NCBI GenBank assembly: GCA_051439605.1
Contig: JBFRWN010000027.1
Coordinates: forward strand, 1 to 64,000
DNA: 64,000 bases
Source: Synechococcus sp.
GTDB taxonomy: Bacteria; Cyanobacteriota; Cyanobacteriia; Thermostichales; PCC-7336
Direction of reading: 5' to 3'
This document shows, piece by piece, positions 30,913 to 39,732 of the stretch; within the stretch, counting starts at the first letter, position 1, and each line of letters begins with the position of its first letter. The notes under the pieces are model-generated. The model saw only the letters and a list, made by a program, of their open reading frames with translations, was not told where the DNA came from and did not search any database. The translations under genes and the position numbers were made by a program.

Positions 30913-31812
30913 TTACCCTTTTTGCTCGAGCATGCGCATTGCGACCACCAAACTGGCCCGCATGCGATTAAAAGCAGCTGCTAGCGTCCCGACCTCATCA
31001 GCAGAGGTATTGGCAAACTCTTCATCCATTGCCCCTTTACTAATCTTGTCGGCAACATCGGCCATCTGCTTGATGGGAGCCACAACTACTCGATTGAGAA
31101 AAATATTAGTCAGAATAAAAATCAGAACAAAGACGATTGCCACAATTCCCATCAAAATCACAAACGAACGTACCGCATTTCGCACGATTCCACTGGCTGG
31201 CACCGATATCATTTGAGCCCCGACAACTTCATTCAACTGCCAGTTGAAACCATTGTCGGCCCCATAGGTATTAATCAAGCTGGCGGGTGCCGCACTCGGT
31301 GTGCTGTGGCATTGTAAGCAACTTTCTTGGGTGATGCGAATCGGTCTCGCAATGTAATAGAGTTTCCCCGACGGAGACGAACGATATCCTTTTAGTTCCC
31401 TGACATTCACCGACTCGCGAAACTTCTTGACAATTTCCGCTTCAAACCGATCGGCTTTATCCCGCAAGTTGGTTGGATTGAGGGTGGCCTCCTTATAGAA
31501 AAACTCGCTGTATGCAGCATCGCTCCGCAAACCCTCAAAAACCTCTCGCGCAGAATAGCCAGGAACCGTCTGGGGTAAAAATTCTGCCTCAGATAGCAGC
31601 CGATCGGCCAATTCGGGTCTAACCTGAGAGCTTGTATAATTCCTTACGGAAACCATCGCTTGCAGCAAAATAGCTGCCTTCGATGCCACTTGCCCTTCAG
31701 CATTCCGGTTCAAAATTGCTGCAAATCCCGTACCCGTGGACAGAAGACCGATTAAGAATAGGATGGCTAGAAGAATGTTGAACTTCCTGCCGATATTAAG
31801 CTTGCGCAGCAT
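30913..31812 (-). CDS. c-type heme sensor (DUF3365/Tll0287-like) + HAMP membrane protein with no output domain
   Basis: TM1, YKEATLNPTNLRDKAD.FE, CLQCH heme motif, GAQMISVP, TM2, HAMP (PIKQMADVADKIS.G...DEVGTLAAAFNRM); ends about 14 aa later. Confidence 0.88.
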   Translation of the reverse strand: MLRKLNIGRKFNILLAILFLIGLLSTGTGFAAILNRNAEGQVASKAAILLQAMVSVRNYTSSQVRPELADRLLSEAEFLPQTVPGYSAREVFEGLRSDAAYSEFFYKEATLNPTNLRDKADRFEAEIVKKFRESVNVRELKGYRSSPSGKLYYIARPIRITQESCLQCHSTPSAAPASLINTYGADNGFNWQLNEVVGAQMISVPASGIVRNAVRSFVILMGIVAIVFVLIFILTNIFLNRVVVAPIKQMADVADKISKGAMDEEFANTSADEVGTLAAAFNRMRASLVVAMRMLEQKG

Positions 31813-31887
31813 ATGTTCGCTTAGGTGGATGGTAAGCCTGTAATGAAACCTATCACTTAGACAACGTTGTTACTCTCTGCGTTAAGA

Positions 31888-32853
31888 ATGTCTACTGCTG
31901 CCACCCACAATAACAAGGCACCTCGATCCTGCTGCTGGCTTGTCACCATTACATTGGCTGTAACTACTGCAGGAGGTCTAATAGAGGGTTGTGCTCCTCA
32001 AGAACCCGCTCAAACTAACCATGTCTTGATTGGTATCGTCGCTTATGGAGAGGGCTCCCTCTCTCTGGATAGGCTCGAAAGCTTTAAAGACTATCTCGGC
32101 GAACAAACGCAATCGACAATTGAGATTGAACCTGCGTTTAATGAAGTCAAAGCCCTAGCACAAATTCGTTCGAGGCGATGGTCACTGGTCTTCGCACCAC
32201 CGGGATTGGCAGCTACCGCCATATCTACTGCTCAATATATTCCATTATTTCCCCTCCAAGGAACCAGTAATACCGTTCGCTCTGTCATTGTGGTCCGAGA
32301 CGATAGTTCCGTACTGGAAATTGAAGATTTGCAGAGAGAATCGATTGCGCTGGGGCAACCGGGTTCGGCAACCGGCTATTATCTACCGCTCTACGACCTA
32401 TTTGGCTTGACGCTTTCGAACGTTATTGTGGCTGCGACTCCAAAAAATATTTTATCTGCTGTTGCCTCTGGCGAAGTCACTGCCGGTGCACTTGCTAAAA
32501 GTGAGTACGAACATTATCGAGAGGACTTCGAAGAAACTCAATTTCGCATTCTTCACACTGGCCGCAGTTTACCGGCAGGTGTTGTATTGGTCGGTCCTTC
32601 TGTAGATAGAAATTTACAGGAGTACATTGTTCAAGCCATGAACCAAGCAACGCCCAATTTAGCCTCCAAAGCTGGATATATTCCTAACGCCAATCCACCC
32701 AACTACGAGTTTTTCATGGAGCTGATTGAAAAGGTCTCTCCCTATGAGCAAAGGATTTACGAGATGCCCGCCAACTTATATCCCCGCATTCCTGCCAATT
32801 CCTTAAATGAAGATGATGTTGGCACTAATACCGTTAACGACAGTGAGAACTGA
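31888..32853 (+). CDS. PhnD-like (phosphate/phosphite/phosphonate-type) substrate-binding lipoprotein
   Basis: Lipobox-like LIEGC; RSVIVVRDDS...DL....ALGQPGSATGYYLPLYDL; no permease or ATPase nearby. Confidence 0.85.
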   Translation: MSTAATHNNKAPRSCCWLVTITLAVTTAGGLIEGCAPQEPAQTNHVLIGIVAYGEGSLSLDRLESFKDYLGEQTQSTIEIEPAFNEVKALAQIRSRRWSLVFAPPGLAATAISTAQYIPLFPLQGTSNTVRSVIVVRDDSSVLEIEDLQRESIALGQPGSATGYYLPLYDLFGLTLSNVIVAATPKNILSAVASGEVTAGALAKSEYEHYREDFEETQFRILHTGRSLPAGVVLVGPSVDRNLQEYIVQAMNQATPNLASKAGYIPNANPPNYEFFMELIEKVSPYEQRIYEMPANLYPRIPANSLNEDDVGTNTVNDSEN

Positions 32854-33035
32854 AAAAGTTCACTACCAATGTGAAACTTGGAAATCTAGAACCTTCCTGA
32901 ATAACTTGCCAAGAAAGCATTCGTTTGAGAGCAGGTCTTTCGCTGGCGCAGGAGATCCATGAGTAGGAGAAAGGGGTAGCAGGCAGATTAAGGCTGTTAA
33001 AGATGTTTGGTGACTTGTCGTGGAGCACTGGGTGA

Positions 33036-33131
33036 GAACTTAACACGATCGAAGCAGGCTGCGATGACTACGACACCAAGCCGGTCGAAATCAAACGCCT
33101 CCTCAACAAAATCAAAGCCCTCCTTCCCTGA
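33036..33131 (+). pseudogene. C-terminal remnant of a single-domain (DivK/CheY-like) response regulator
   Basis: Manual translation TIEAGCDDYDTKPVEIKRLLNKIKALLP*; in-frame TGA at 33033 and no start codon. Confidence 0.75.
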
Positions 33132-33258
33132 CCTCCATCAAAAAAACACCCAAAACCTCAGCTGTCCTTATCCCTCGACCCATTTGCTGTTGCGTTACTT
33201 CAAGGCATAGTAAATACAATCCCTTACTGAAGTCGAAATAGGCCAGAGCCCGAGACCC

Positions 33259-33501
33259 ATGACCACCGAACGTGAGTATCAAGAAGGCCAAGACCGCATT
33301 CGCCGTGCCCAAGGCCGTTCTGAATGGCTGCGTGGCCGCGCCAAAGGTTCCTATCCCCGTTCCTACCGTCCACCGACCAACCGCTGGGTGCCATGGGTCA
33401 TCGGCGCGATCGTCGCCGTCACCCTCTTCGGTGCCATCAAATCCCAAAACAGCCGTCCACCCCAACCGGAACGGACTGCCCCCGATAGCCGCCTTCTCTA
33501 A
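33259..33501 (+). CDS. Small single-pass membrane protein
   Basis: 80 aa, ATG start, TM WVPWVIGAIVAVTLFGAI. Confidence 0.55.
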   Translation: MTTEREYQEGQDRIRRAQGRSEWLRGRAKGSYPRSYRPPTNRWVPWVIGAIVAVTLFGAIKSQNSRPPQPERTAPDSRLL

Positions 33502-33563
33502 ACATTAGTAAACGAATGTTTACGATAGATGTATGATCTAGCTACCGCTAGAGCATTACACCC

Positions 33564-33737
33564 ATGATTGACGCTGATTTTGCTTCCCACCTGCGGTACG
33601 TCGAGACGCGAACTCCCGATGAAGAATGGTCGGCAGACCCCGACTGTGTTACTGCCCTATTATTCTGTAGTGCCGTCAAACTGTGGAAACTTTGTCGGCA
33701 TTGGGAACTAGAACATCCCGCTCCCAAAGTATCTTAG
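33564..33737 (+). CDS. Possible 57-aa small protein (below ORF-track cutoff)
   Basis: MIDADFASHLRYVETRTPDEEWSADPDCVTALLFCSAVKLWKLCRHWELEHPAPKVS*. Confidence 0.35.
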   Translation: MIDADFASHLRYVETRTPDEEWSADPDCVTALLFCSAVKLWKLCRHWELEHPAPKVS

Positions 33738-33748
33738 CCAGTTTTGAC

Positions 33749-33843
33749 TATAGCGACTGTCAAGTCGATGAGGATCTCTCAGCCATTCAGAAGCCTGATT
33801 AGGCATAGATATTTCTGTCCTAACGGAATTGCCAAACTTAACA
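33749..33843. mobile_element. Degenerate copy of the ~94-bp MITE-like repeat, copy 2
   Basis: TATAGCGACTGTCAAGTCGATGAGGA...GCATAG...TGTCCTAAC resembles copies 1 and 4. Confidence 0.5.
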
Positions 33844-34072
33844 GTGCCGATTGAGTTACTCCACTCCCCCGTTACACCATGCTGGATGGGGGCGTTTTAC
33901 TGGGCGGTATTCTTGACAGCCCGCCAAGTCAACAAAATTCGTCCAAGTATTGAGAACGTCACAAACTTCCCGAATTCCTCCCTCTTTCTCCCCCATATCT
34001 TTCTCTCTCGCCCATTACGTTATCTATGGGTGGCGCAGGCATGCCCATAATTTGTTAAAGAGGGAAGACAAG

Positions 34073-34429
34073 ATGATGAGCTGCTCCTCATTCGAATCAT
34101 GGCTGACAACTGCGATCGCTCGCGAGATCGAAGCCATATTGCCAACCTATCCCCGAGATCCCTATCAACTGCTGTTTGCCGATGGCGACATCAAGCAAGA
34201 GCTGATTGAATACGTCCTCAAGCAGTTGCCTGAAGGACGATCTACGGAGCGAACTCCCGCGGGGAAGGGCAGCCCCAATCGGCAGACTGCCGATGAAAAA
34301 ATCGACCAAGTGCGGGTTCTGGTTCACCTAGGGCTGACTGATGTATTGCGAGAGTATACAGCTCGTTCTCGGGTGATTGCGATTGATGACTATCTCTACA
34401 ACAACGAACCCTCCCATTGGTTTGGCTGA
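34073..34429 (+). CDS. Cyanobacterial hypothetical protein, possibly ComFB-like
   Basis: EIEAIL..YPRDPYQLLF...IKQELIEYVL..LP and C-terminal EPSHWFG, recalled from ComFB-annotated cyanobacterial proteins. Confidence 0.6.
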   Translation: MMSCSSFESWLTTAIAREIEAILPTYPRDPYQLLFADGDIKQELIEYVLKQLPEGRSTERTPAGKGSPNRQTADEKIDQVRVLVHLGLTDVLREYTARSRVIAIDDYLYNNEPSHWFG

Positions 34430-34499
34430 GGTACTGTTTGGCCCCTCCACGGCGATCGCCGCTCTCCAAAGCTATTGAATGACTAAAGGTACAGGACTC

Positions 34500-34799
34500 A
34501 TGACATCGAACTGGATATTTCATCTTGGGTTCTCGATCCCCACCATTCCAACTGGTTGGGGCTCCTCCCCTTTACCTTCAACCCCTGAAGAAGCCATCTA
34601 CGAAGCTTGTTACAACCGTTTTATCCAGCGGGTTCATTCCATTCAGAAAATTGAAGCTGCAGGCTTGATTGGTCGTCTGCAATCCTACGATGCGATTTTG
34701 TTTTGCTGGAAACAGCTGCAGCGAGCAGAGAAAGACCTCGCTCTCGATAACGATTCGATATTTAGCTCCGATAACCCCCAGACGCAGTCCTATTCTTAA
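34500..34799 (+). CDS. Small conserved cyanobacterial protein (DUF7219-like)
   Basis: TPEEAIY...RFIQRV..I..IE..G.I....SYD.I...WKQLQRAEKDL pattern. Confidence 0.55.
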   Translation: MTSNWIFHLGFSIPTIPTGWGSSPLPSTPEEAIYEACYNRFIQRVHSIQKIEAAGLIGRLQSYDAILFCWKQLQRAEKDLALDNDSIFSSDNPQTQSYS

Positions 34800-35479
34800 A
34801 AGGGGGCTAGCTGCTTGAGGCGATAGCCCACTCCGCGAATGTTTTCGATCGCATCGGGGGGAGCTCCCACCTCTTTGAGTTTTTTCCTGAGTGCCTTGAC
34901 GTGTGCTTTGACAGATTCTTCTACGGGGGGATCGTCGTAACTCCACAATTGACCCACAATCGTACGACGACTCAAGACCCGCTGGCCGCTACGCAAAAAC
35001 AGTTCCAACAATGAGAATTCTTTAGGAGTCAAGTGCAGTGGAACGCGATCGTAGGTGACTGAGTAGGAGCTGGGATCGAGCTCCAATGCCCCCCACTGCA
35101 AGGCCGGTTGCGTAGATATCGGTCCCCGTCGCAATAGCGCTCGAATGCGCGCTAACAATTCCGGTAAATCTACCGGTTTGACAACGTAGTCATCCGCCCC
35201 AGCATCCAAACCCTTTACTTTGTCAGTGCTGGCATCGCGAGCCGTCACCATCAAAACAGGAGTGCTGCAACCGCGCGCGCGCAGCATTTTGCAGACGGTT
35301 ACACCATCTAACTTTGGCAACATGACATCCAGCAAAATGAGTCCGTACTCTTCCCGAGTCGCCATGTCTAGCCCGGCCTGACCATCGCCGACAACATCGA
35401 CAATGTAGGCATAGCTTTCTAGCGCTTCTGCCAGCACTTCAGCTAGACGGGTATCATCTTCAACCAGTAATAGTCTCAT
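34796..35479 (-). CDS. OmpR/PhoB-family response regulator
   Basis: MRLLLVEDD, LLDVMLP, GADDYVVKP, LTPKEF.LL, IENIRGVGY. Confidence 0.95.
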   Translation of the reverse strand: MRLLLVEDDTRLAEVLAEALESYAYIVDVVGDGQAGLDMATREEYGLILLDVMLPKLDGVTVCKMLRARGCSTPVLMVTARDASTDKVKGLDAGADDYVVKPVDLPELLARIRALLRRGPISTQPALQWGALELDPSSYSVTYDRVPLHLTPKEFSLLELFLRSGQRVLSRRTIVGQLWSYDDPPVEESVKAHVKALRKKLKEVGAPPDAIENIRGVGYRLKQLAPF

Positions 35480-35799
35480 GGCCCAGGTGCAATTGCTTCG
35501 ATTATGGAAATTGTGCTGACTGACACACGATATTGCCAATCACATTCGATCGAGCCCTTTTATTGATGCGGTCTACAATCAATAAACCGACAAGAACACA
35601 GTCAGTCGTAAGACCTAGTAACTTTTCAGATGTGAACCGGTGATTGTCCATTACCCGCAAAGGCTACAGCAATTTTATTATCTGGGCCAAAATAGAGACC
35701 TATAACGATTGCTAAATGATTCAAAACAAGCCTTTAGGTTGCTCAATATATACTCTCAAATGATCTGAAAACTCTCGTGCTTAACTGCGTTACATAGAA

Positions 35800-37461
35800 A
35801 TGAAGCCAATCGACTCCCCTCCCTATCCCCCCGATATTGCTGAGGGGGGAGACCTAGAGCGATTTTTCACGCTGTCGTTAGACATGCTGTGTATTGCAGG
35901 ATTTGATGGTTACTTCAAGCGTCTAAACCCCGTTTGGGAGAAAACCCTCGGCTACACCCAAACGGAGTTGCTGACCCACCCTTACCTCGACTTTATTCAT
36001 CCCGAAGATCGCGAACGTACCATTGCGGAAGTACGAAAATTAATGGATGCAGGTACCAACACGTTTGAGTTCGAGAATCGCTATCTCTGCAAAGATGGCT
36101 CCTACCGCTGGCTATTGTGGAATGCCACTCCAGCACGCGAACAACAGTTGCTGTACTGCATTGCCCACGACATTACCACTCGTAAGCAGACCGAACTCGC
36201 ACTGCAACGCCAATTGGAGGTCGATCGCCTGATTGCCAATATGTCTACCCGCTTTATTAATTTGCCTTCCGAGCAGATCTCCAAAGGTATCGATCTCGCT
36301 CTGCAAGAGATTGGCCAATTTGCCCGAGTGGATACCTGTTTCGTATTGAGATATGCAGGCAACAGGACAATTCCTTACATGGTGCGTGAGTGGGTTGCAG
36401 AGGGTCTCTCTCCTCAGAGCCAACGCGCCCAAATCCTACCGCTCGAACTATTCCCTCCCGAGACATTTACTCAACCTCATAACCAGCTCCAACAGGGGAA
36501 TGTTGTTGAAGTCACTAATGTTGCCGAGCGACTTGAAGGAGCTCCTGGCCAATCTTTCCCTTACCAAGCGTTCTTTGCAGTTCCGATGACCTATGAAGGA
36601 GAGAACGTTGGCTGGGTGGGAATTGGATACTTGAAGCCGATTGACCGTTGGTTGCCCGGTTTCAAGCATCTATTGAGAATGGTGGGTGAAATTATCACCA
36701 ATGCCCTCCAGCGCCAGCAGGCTGAAACTGAGATCCGAGAGCTCAATCGCGATTTAGAACAACGAGTATTGGAGCGAACAGAACAACTGGCTGCCACCAA
36801 TCAGGAATTAGAATCCTTTTGCTACTCTGTTTCTCACGACTTACGCGCACCGTTGCGAGCGATCGATGGTTTCAGTCAGGCATTAGTGGAAGACTACGAT
36901 GCTCTACTGGACGATCTCGGGCGAGATTTTCTCAAGCGCATTCGGTCGGCGACCCAACGGATGGGGAATTTGATCGATGATTTACTCGCCCTCTCTCGCG
37001 TCACCCGCCAAGAACTCCATATGGAAACGGTGGACCTGAGCGCGCTAGCAGCGGAGATCGTGCAAGACCTGCAACAGACCGATCGCGAGCGACACGTGGA
37101 TATCGCGATTTCCCCTACACCCGTAATCCGAGGAGATGCCCGTTTGCTACGCATCATGTTGGAGAATCTCTTGGGCAACGCCTGGAAGTTTACGTCTCAA
37201 ACTCCTCAGGCACGCATTGAATTTGGTACGTTACCCGACTCCGAGCAGAAGGTTTATTTCGTGCGCGATAACGGAGCGGGTTTCGATATGACCTATGCTA
37301 GTAAGCTGTTCGGCGCCTTTCAGCGGCTACATAGTGCCTCTGATTTCCCTGGAACAGGAATTGGTTTGGCGACGGTGCAACGAATTATCAACCGTCATCG
37401 AGGTCGGGTGTGGGCCGAGTCCGAAGTCGGTCGCGGCTCGACATTTTCCTTTACCCTTTAA
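35800..37461 (+). CDS. PAS-GAF sensor histidine kinase (Cph1-type kinase core)
   Basis: PAS (FIHPEDR, KDGSYRW), GAF-like region, FCYSVSHDLRAPLR, NLLGNAWKFT, DNGAGFD, GTGIGLA. Confidence 0.93.
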   Translation: MKPIDSPPYPPDIAEGGDLERFFTLSLDMLCIAGFDGYFKRLNPVWEKTLGYTQTELLTHPYLDFIHPEDRERTIAEVRKLMDAGTNTFEFENRYLCKDGSYRWLLWNATPAREQQLLYCIAHDITTRKQTELALQRQLEVDRLIANMSTRFINLPSEQISKGIDLALQEIGQFARVDTCFVLRYAGNRTIPYMVREWVAEGLSPQSQRAQILPLELFPPETFTQPHNQLQQGNVVEVTNVAERLEGAPGQSFPYQAFFAVPMTYEGENVGWVGIGYLKPIDRWLPGFKHLLRMVGEIITNALQRQQAETEIRELNRDLEQRVLERTEQLAATNQELESFCYSVSHDLRAPLRAIDGFSQALVEDYDALLDDLGRDFLKRIRSATQRMGNLIDDLLALSRVTRQELHMETVDLSALAAEIVQDLQQTDRERHVDIAISPTPVIRGDARLLRIMLENLLGNAWKFTSQTPQARIEFGTLPDSEQKVYFVRDNGAGFDMTYASKLFGAFQRLHSASDFPGTGIGLATVQRIINRHRGRVWAESEVGRGSTFSFTL

Positions 37462-37537
37462 CCATCCCAGTTCTCACCGCATTTATCACCCCGCGACATC
37501 ACTATCGCGAAGTCAAAGTTACGTTCCTAGGCAGCCC

Positions 37538-37975
37538 GTGAATCACAACGCGATTTTGTTAGTTGAAGATAATCCGGATGATGAGGCGCTTACCCTGCGT
37601 GCCCTGAAGCGCAACCGCATTTCTAACGAGGTGGTGGTTGCACGCGATGGGGTTGAAGCCCTAGATATTCTTTTCGGTCGAGGGGACTCTGTCGATCGCT
37701 CCTTCCTTCCAACCCTGATTTTGCTCGATCTGAAGCTGCCAAAAGTGGACGGTCTGCAGGTATTGAGACAAATACGAGCGATCGATCGCACGAAATTGGT
37801 GCCCGTTGTCATCCTGACCACATCGCAGGAAGAACAGGATCGACTGGCAAGCTACAGCCTAGGGTGTAACAGTTATATTCGCAAACCTGTCGATTTTGTT
37901 CGGTTCACAGAAGCCGTTGGTCAACTGGGTATCTACTGGCTATTAATCAACGAACCGCCGCCCCTTCCTGAATAA
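37538..37975 (+). CDS. Single-domain response regulator (Rcp1-type)
   Basis: ILLVEDNPDD, LLDLKLPKVDG, NSYIRKPVDF, LGIYWL..N..P. Confidence 0.93.
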   Translation: MNHNAILLVEDNPDDEALTLRALKRNRISNEVVVARDGVEALDILFGRGDSVDRSFLPTLILLDLKLPKVDGLQVLRQIRAIDRTKLVPVVILTTSQEEQDRLASYSLGCNSYIRKPVDFVRFTEAVGQLGIYWLLINEPPPLPE

Positions 37976-38011
37976 GTTGATTGGGATTAAAAAGCCAACT
38001 GGGATGGATCA

Positions 38012-39589
38012 ATGAACCAACCGGTATTACCGATATCGGATGCAAACTCCACGGACAAGTCACTGCGAGTGTTGATTGTCGAAGATTCGGAAGACGATGC
38101 TCTGCTGTTGGTGCGGCAACTGCGACAGGGGGGGTATCGTGTAGAGTTCGAGCGGGTAGAAACCTCTGGTGCCATGCGTGCCGCCCTAGAAGCACAAACT
38201 TGGGATCTGGCGATCGCCGACTACACTCTGCCGCAATTTAGCGCTCCGGCGGCATTAGCCTTGCTGCAATCCATGGCTATCGACCTACCGTTTATTGTGG
38301 TGTCCGGCACGATTGGAGAGAATCGAGCGGTGGCTGCTATGAAATCGGGGGCGCACGATTATTTAATGAAGGGCAACTTGGCTCGTCTCCTGCCCGCCAT
38401 AGAACGGGAATTGCGAGAAGCCAAAGAGCGGCAACAGCGGCGCCTTGCAGAGCAGGCTCTGCGGCGGAACGAGCAGCAGTTTAGAGCCCTGATCGAAAAC
38501 GCCTCCGACATTATCCTCCTGCTGGATGGAACTGGAACTGTTCGTTATGCCAGTCCCTCTGTGAGGCGTATCTTGGCCATCGATCCCAAACAGGTCCGCG
38601 GCCAGCCTTTAACCAATTGGCTTCACCCCGACGATCGCGCTGCTGCAGCCGATGTGCTGGCCTCCGTCCTTGCCACCGATGAATCTGTGAAAACTGCCGA
38701 GTGGCGCTGGCGGGATCGAGAGGGGGCTTGGCGAGTGTTTGAGGCGATCGTGAAACCCTTTAGCGATGATGCCGCGCGATTGACTGGCTGCGTGGTTAGC
38801 GCCCGTGACATTACCACCCGTTTGCGGATGGAGGAGATGCGTCGGGCTTTGGAGCGGGAGAGGGAGTTAAGCGAACTGAAACTGAGATTCTTTTCAATGG
38901 CCTCCCACGAATTTCGCACCCCCCTGAGTGTGATTTTGGTGGCTGCTCAACTCTTAGAACATTCGGCACCGGACTGGCTCGATGCTGGAAAGCTGCGCAA
39001 TTTGCACCGCATTCAGGATGCCACCAAAAGTATGAGCCAAATGCTAACGGACATTCTGACAATTGCCAGGGCAGAGGCTCAGAAACTGGATTTCAACCCC
39101 CAACCCGTCAATTTGCTCGCCCTTTGCCGCGAAATTGTTGAAGAAATGGAGTCAGCTTACGCTCGGCAATCCTCCAGGATTCGGCTTGCTTTTTCGGGCC
39201 AAGAGGACGTCTGTCTCGACACAAAACTGTTGCACTCAATTTGGACCAACTTACTCTCGAATGCTCTCAAGTATTCGTCGCCAGAGAATGACGTGCTGTT
39301 TAAAGTGTCAGTGGAGGATGGGTTGGCAACGTTTCAGGTGGTGGATAGGGGCATTGGGATCCCAGAGGGCGATCTCCCGCACCTATTCGAGCTATTTTCT
39401 CGCGGTAGTAATGTAGGCAAGGTTGATGGGTCTGGCTTAGGATTGGCGGTGGTAAAAAAGTGTACCGAACGGCATGGGGGATCTGTCACTCTAGAGAGTG
39501 GGGAGGGTGTAGGCACAACCTTTATCGTCCAAATCCCTATCACCCACCGTGACAGTGCGACTGAGGCTGTTGCAGATGTGTCGGGTTGA
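38012..39589 (+). CDS. REC-PAS-histidine kinase hybrid
   Basis: VLIVEDSEDD, GAHDYLMK, PAS (LHPDD), FFSMASHEFRTPL, NLLSNALKYS, GSGLGL. Confidence 0.93.
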   Translation: MNQPVLPISDANSTDKSLRVLIVEDSEDDALLLVRQLRQGGYRVEFERVETSGAMRAALEAQTWDLAIADYTLPQFSAPAALALLQSMAIDLPFIVVSGTIGENRAVAAMKSGAHDYLMKGNLARLLPAIERELREAKERQQRRLAEQALRRNEQQFRALIENASDIILLLDGTGTVRYASPSVRRILAIDPKQVRGQPLTNWLHPDDRAAAADVLASVLATDESVKTAEWRWRDREGAWRVFEAIVKPFSDDAARLTGCVVSARDITTRLRMEEMRRALERERELSELKLRFFSMASHEFRTPLSVILVAAQLLEHSAPDWLDAGKLRNLHRIQDATKSMSQMLTDILTIARAEAQKLDFNPQPVNLLALCREIVEEMESAYARQSSRIRLAFSGQEDVCLDTKLLHSIWTNLLSNALKYSSPENDVLFKVSVEDGLATFQVVDRGIGIPEGDLPHLFELFSRGSNVGKVDGSGLGLAVVKKCTERHGGSVTLESGEGVGTTFIVQIPITHRDSATEAVADVSG

Positions 39590-39732
39590 GCGAGCCTCAG
39601 TTTGTGAGGTTGTGCTTTATGGAAACTTGAAGCAGGCCTGCAAGCATCTTTGCTGTAACCGGTTCGAACTGCTATCACCATTCCTCAGGTAGCAGGCACC
39701 TGACAATGGGCGATGACACCTGAACTTATAAT

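Noticed and set aside
36200..36720. Cyanobacteriochrome GAF in the PAS-GAF kinase
   Set aside because: No DxCF/DIP-type motif or CH bilin-attachment site was visible
37295..37537. Long N-terminal extension of the Rcp1-type regulator in the ORF track
   Set aside because: It overlaps the upstream kinase; GTG at 37538 gives a normal-size receiver
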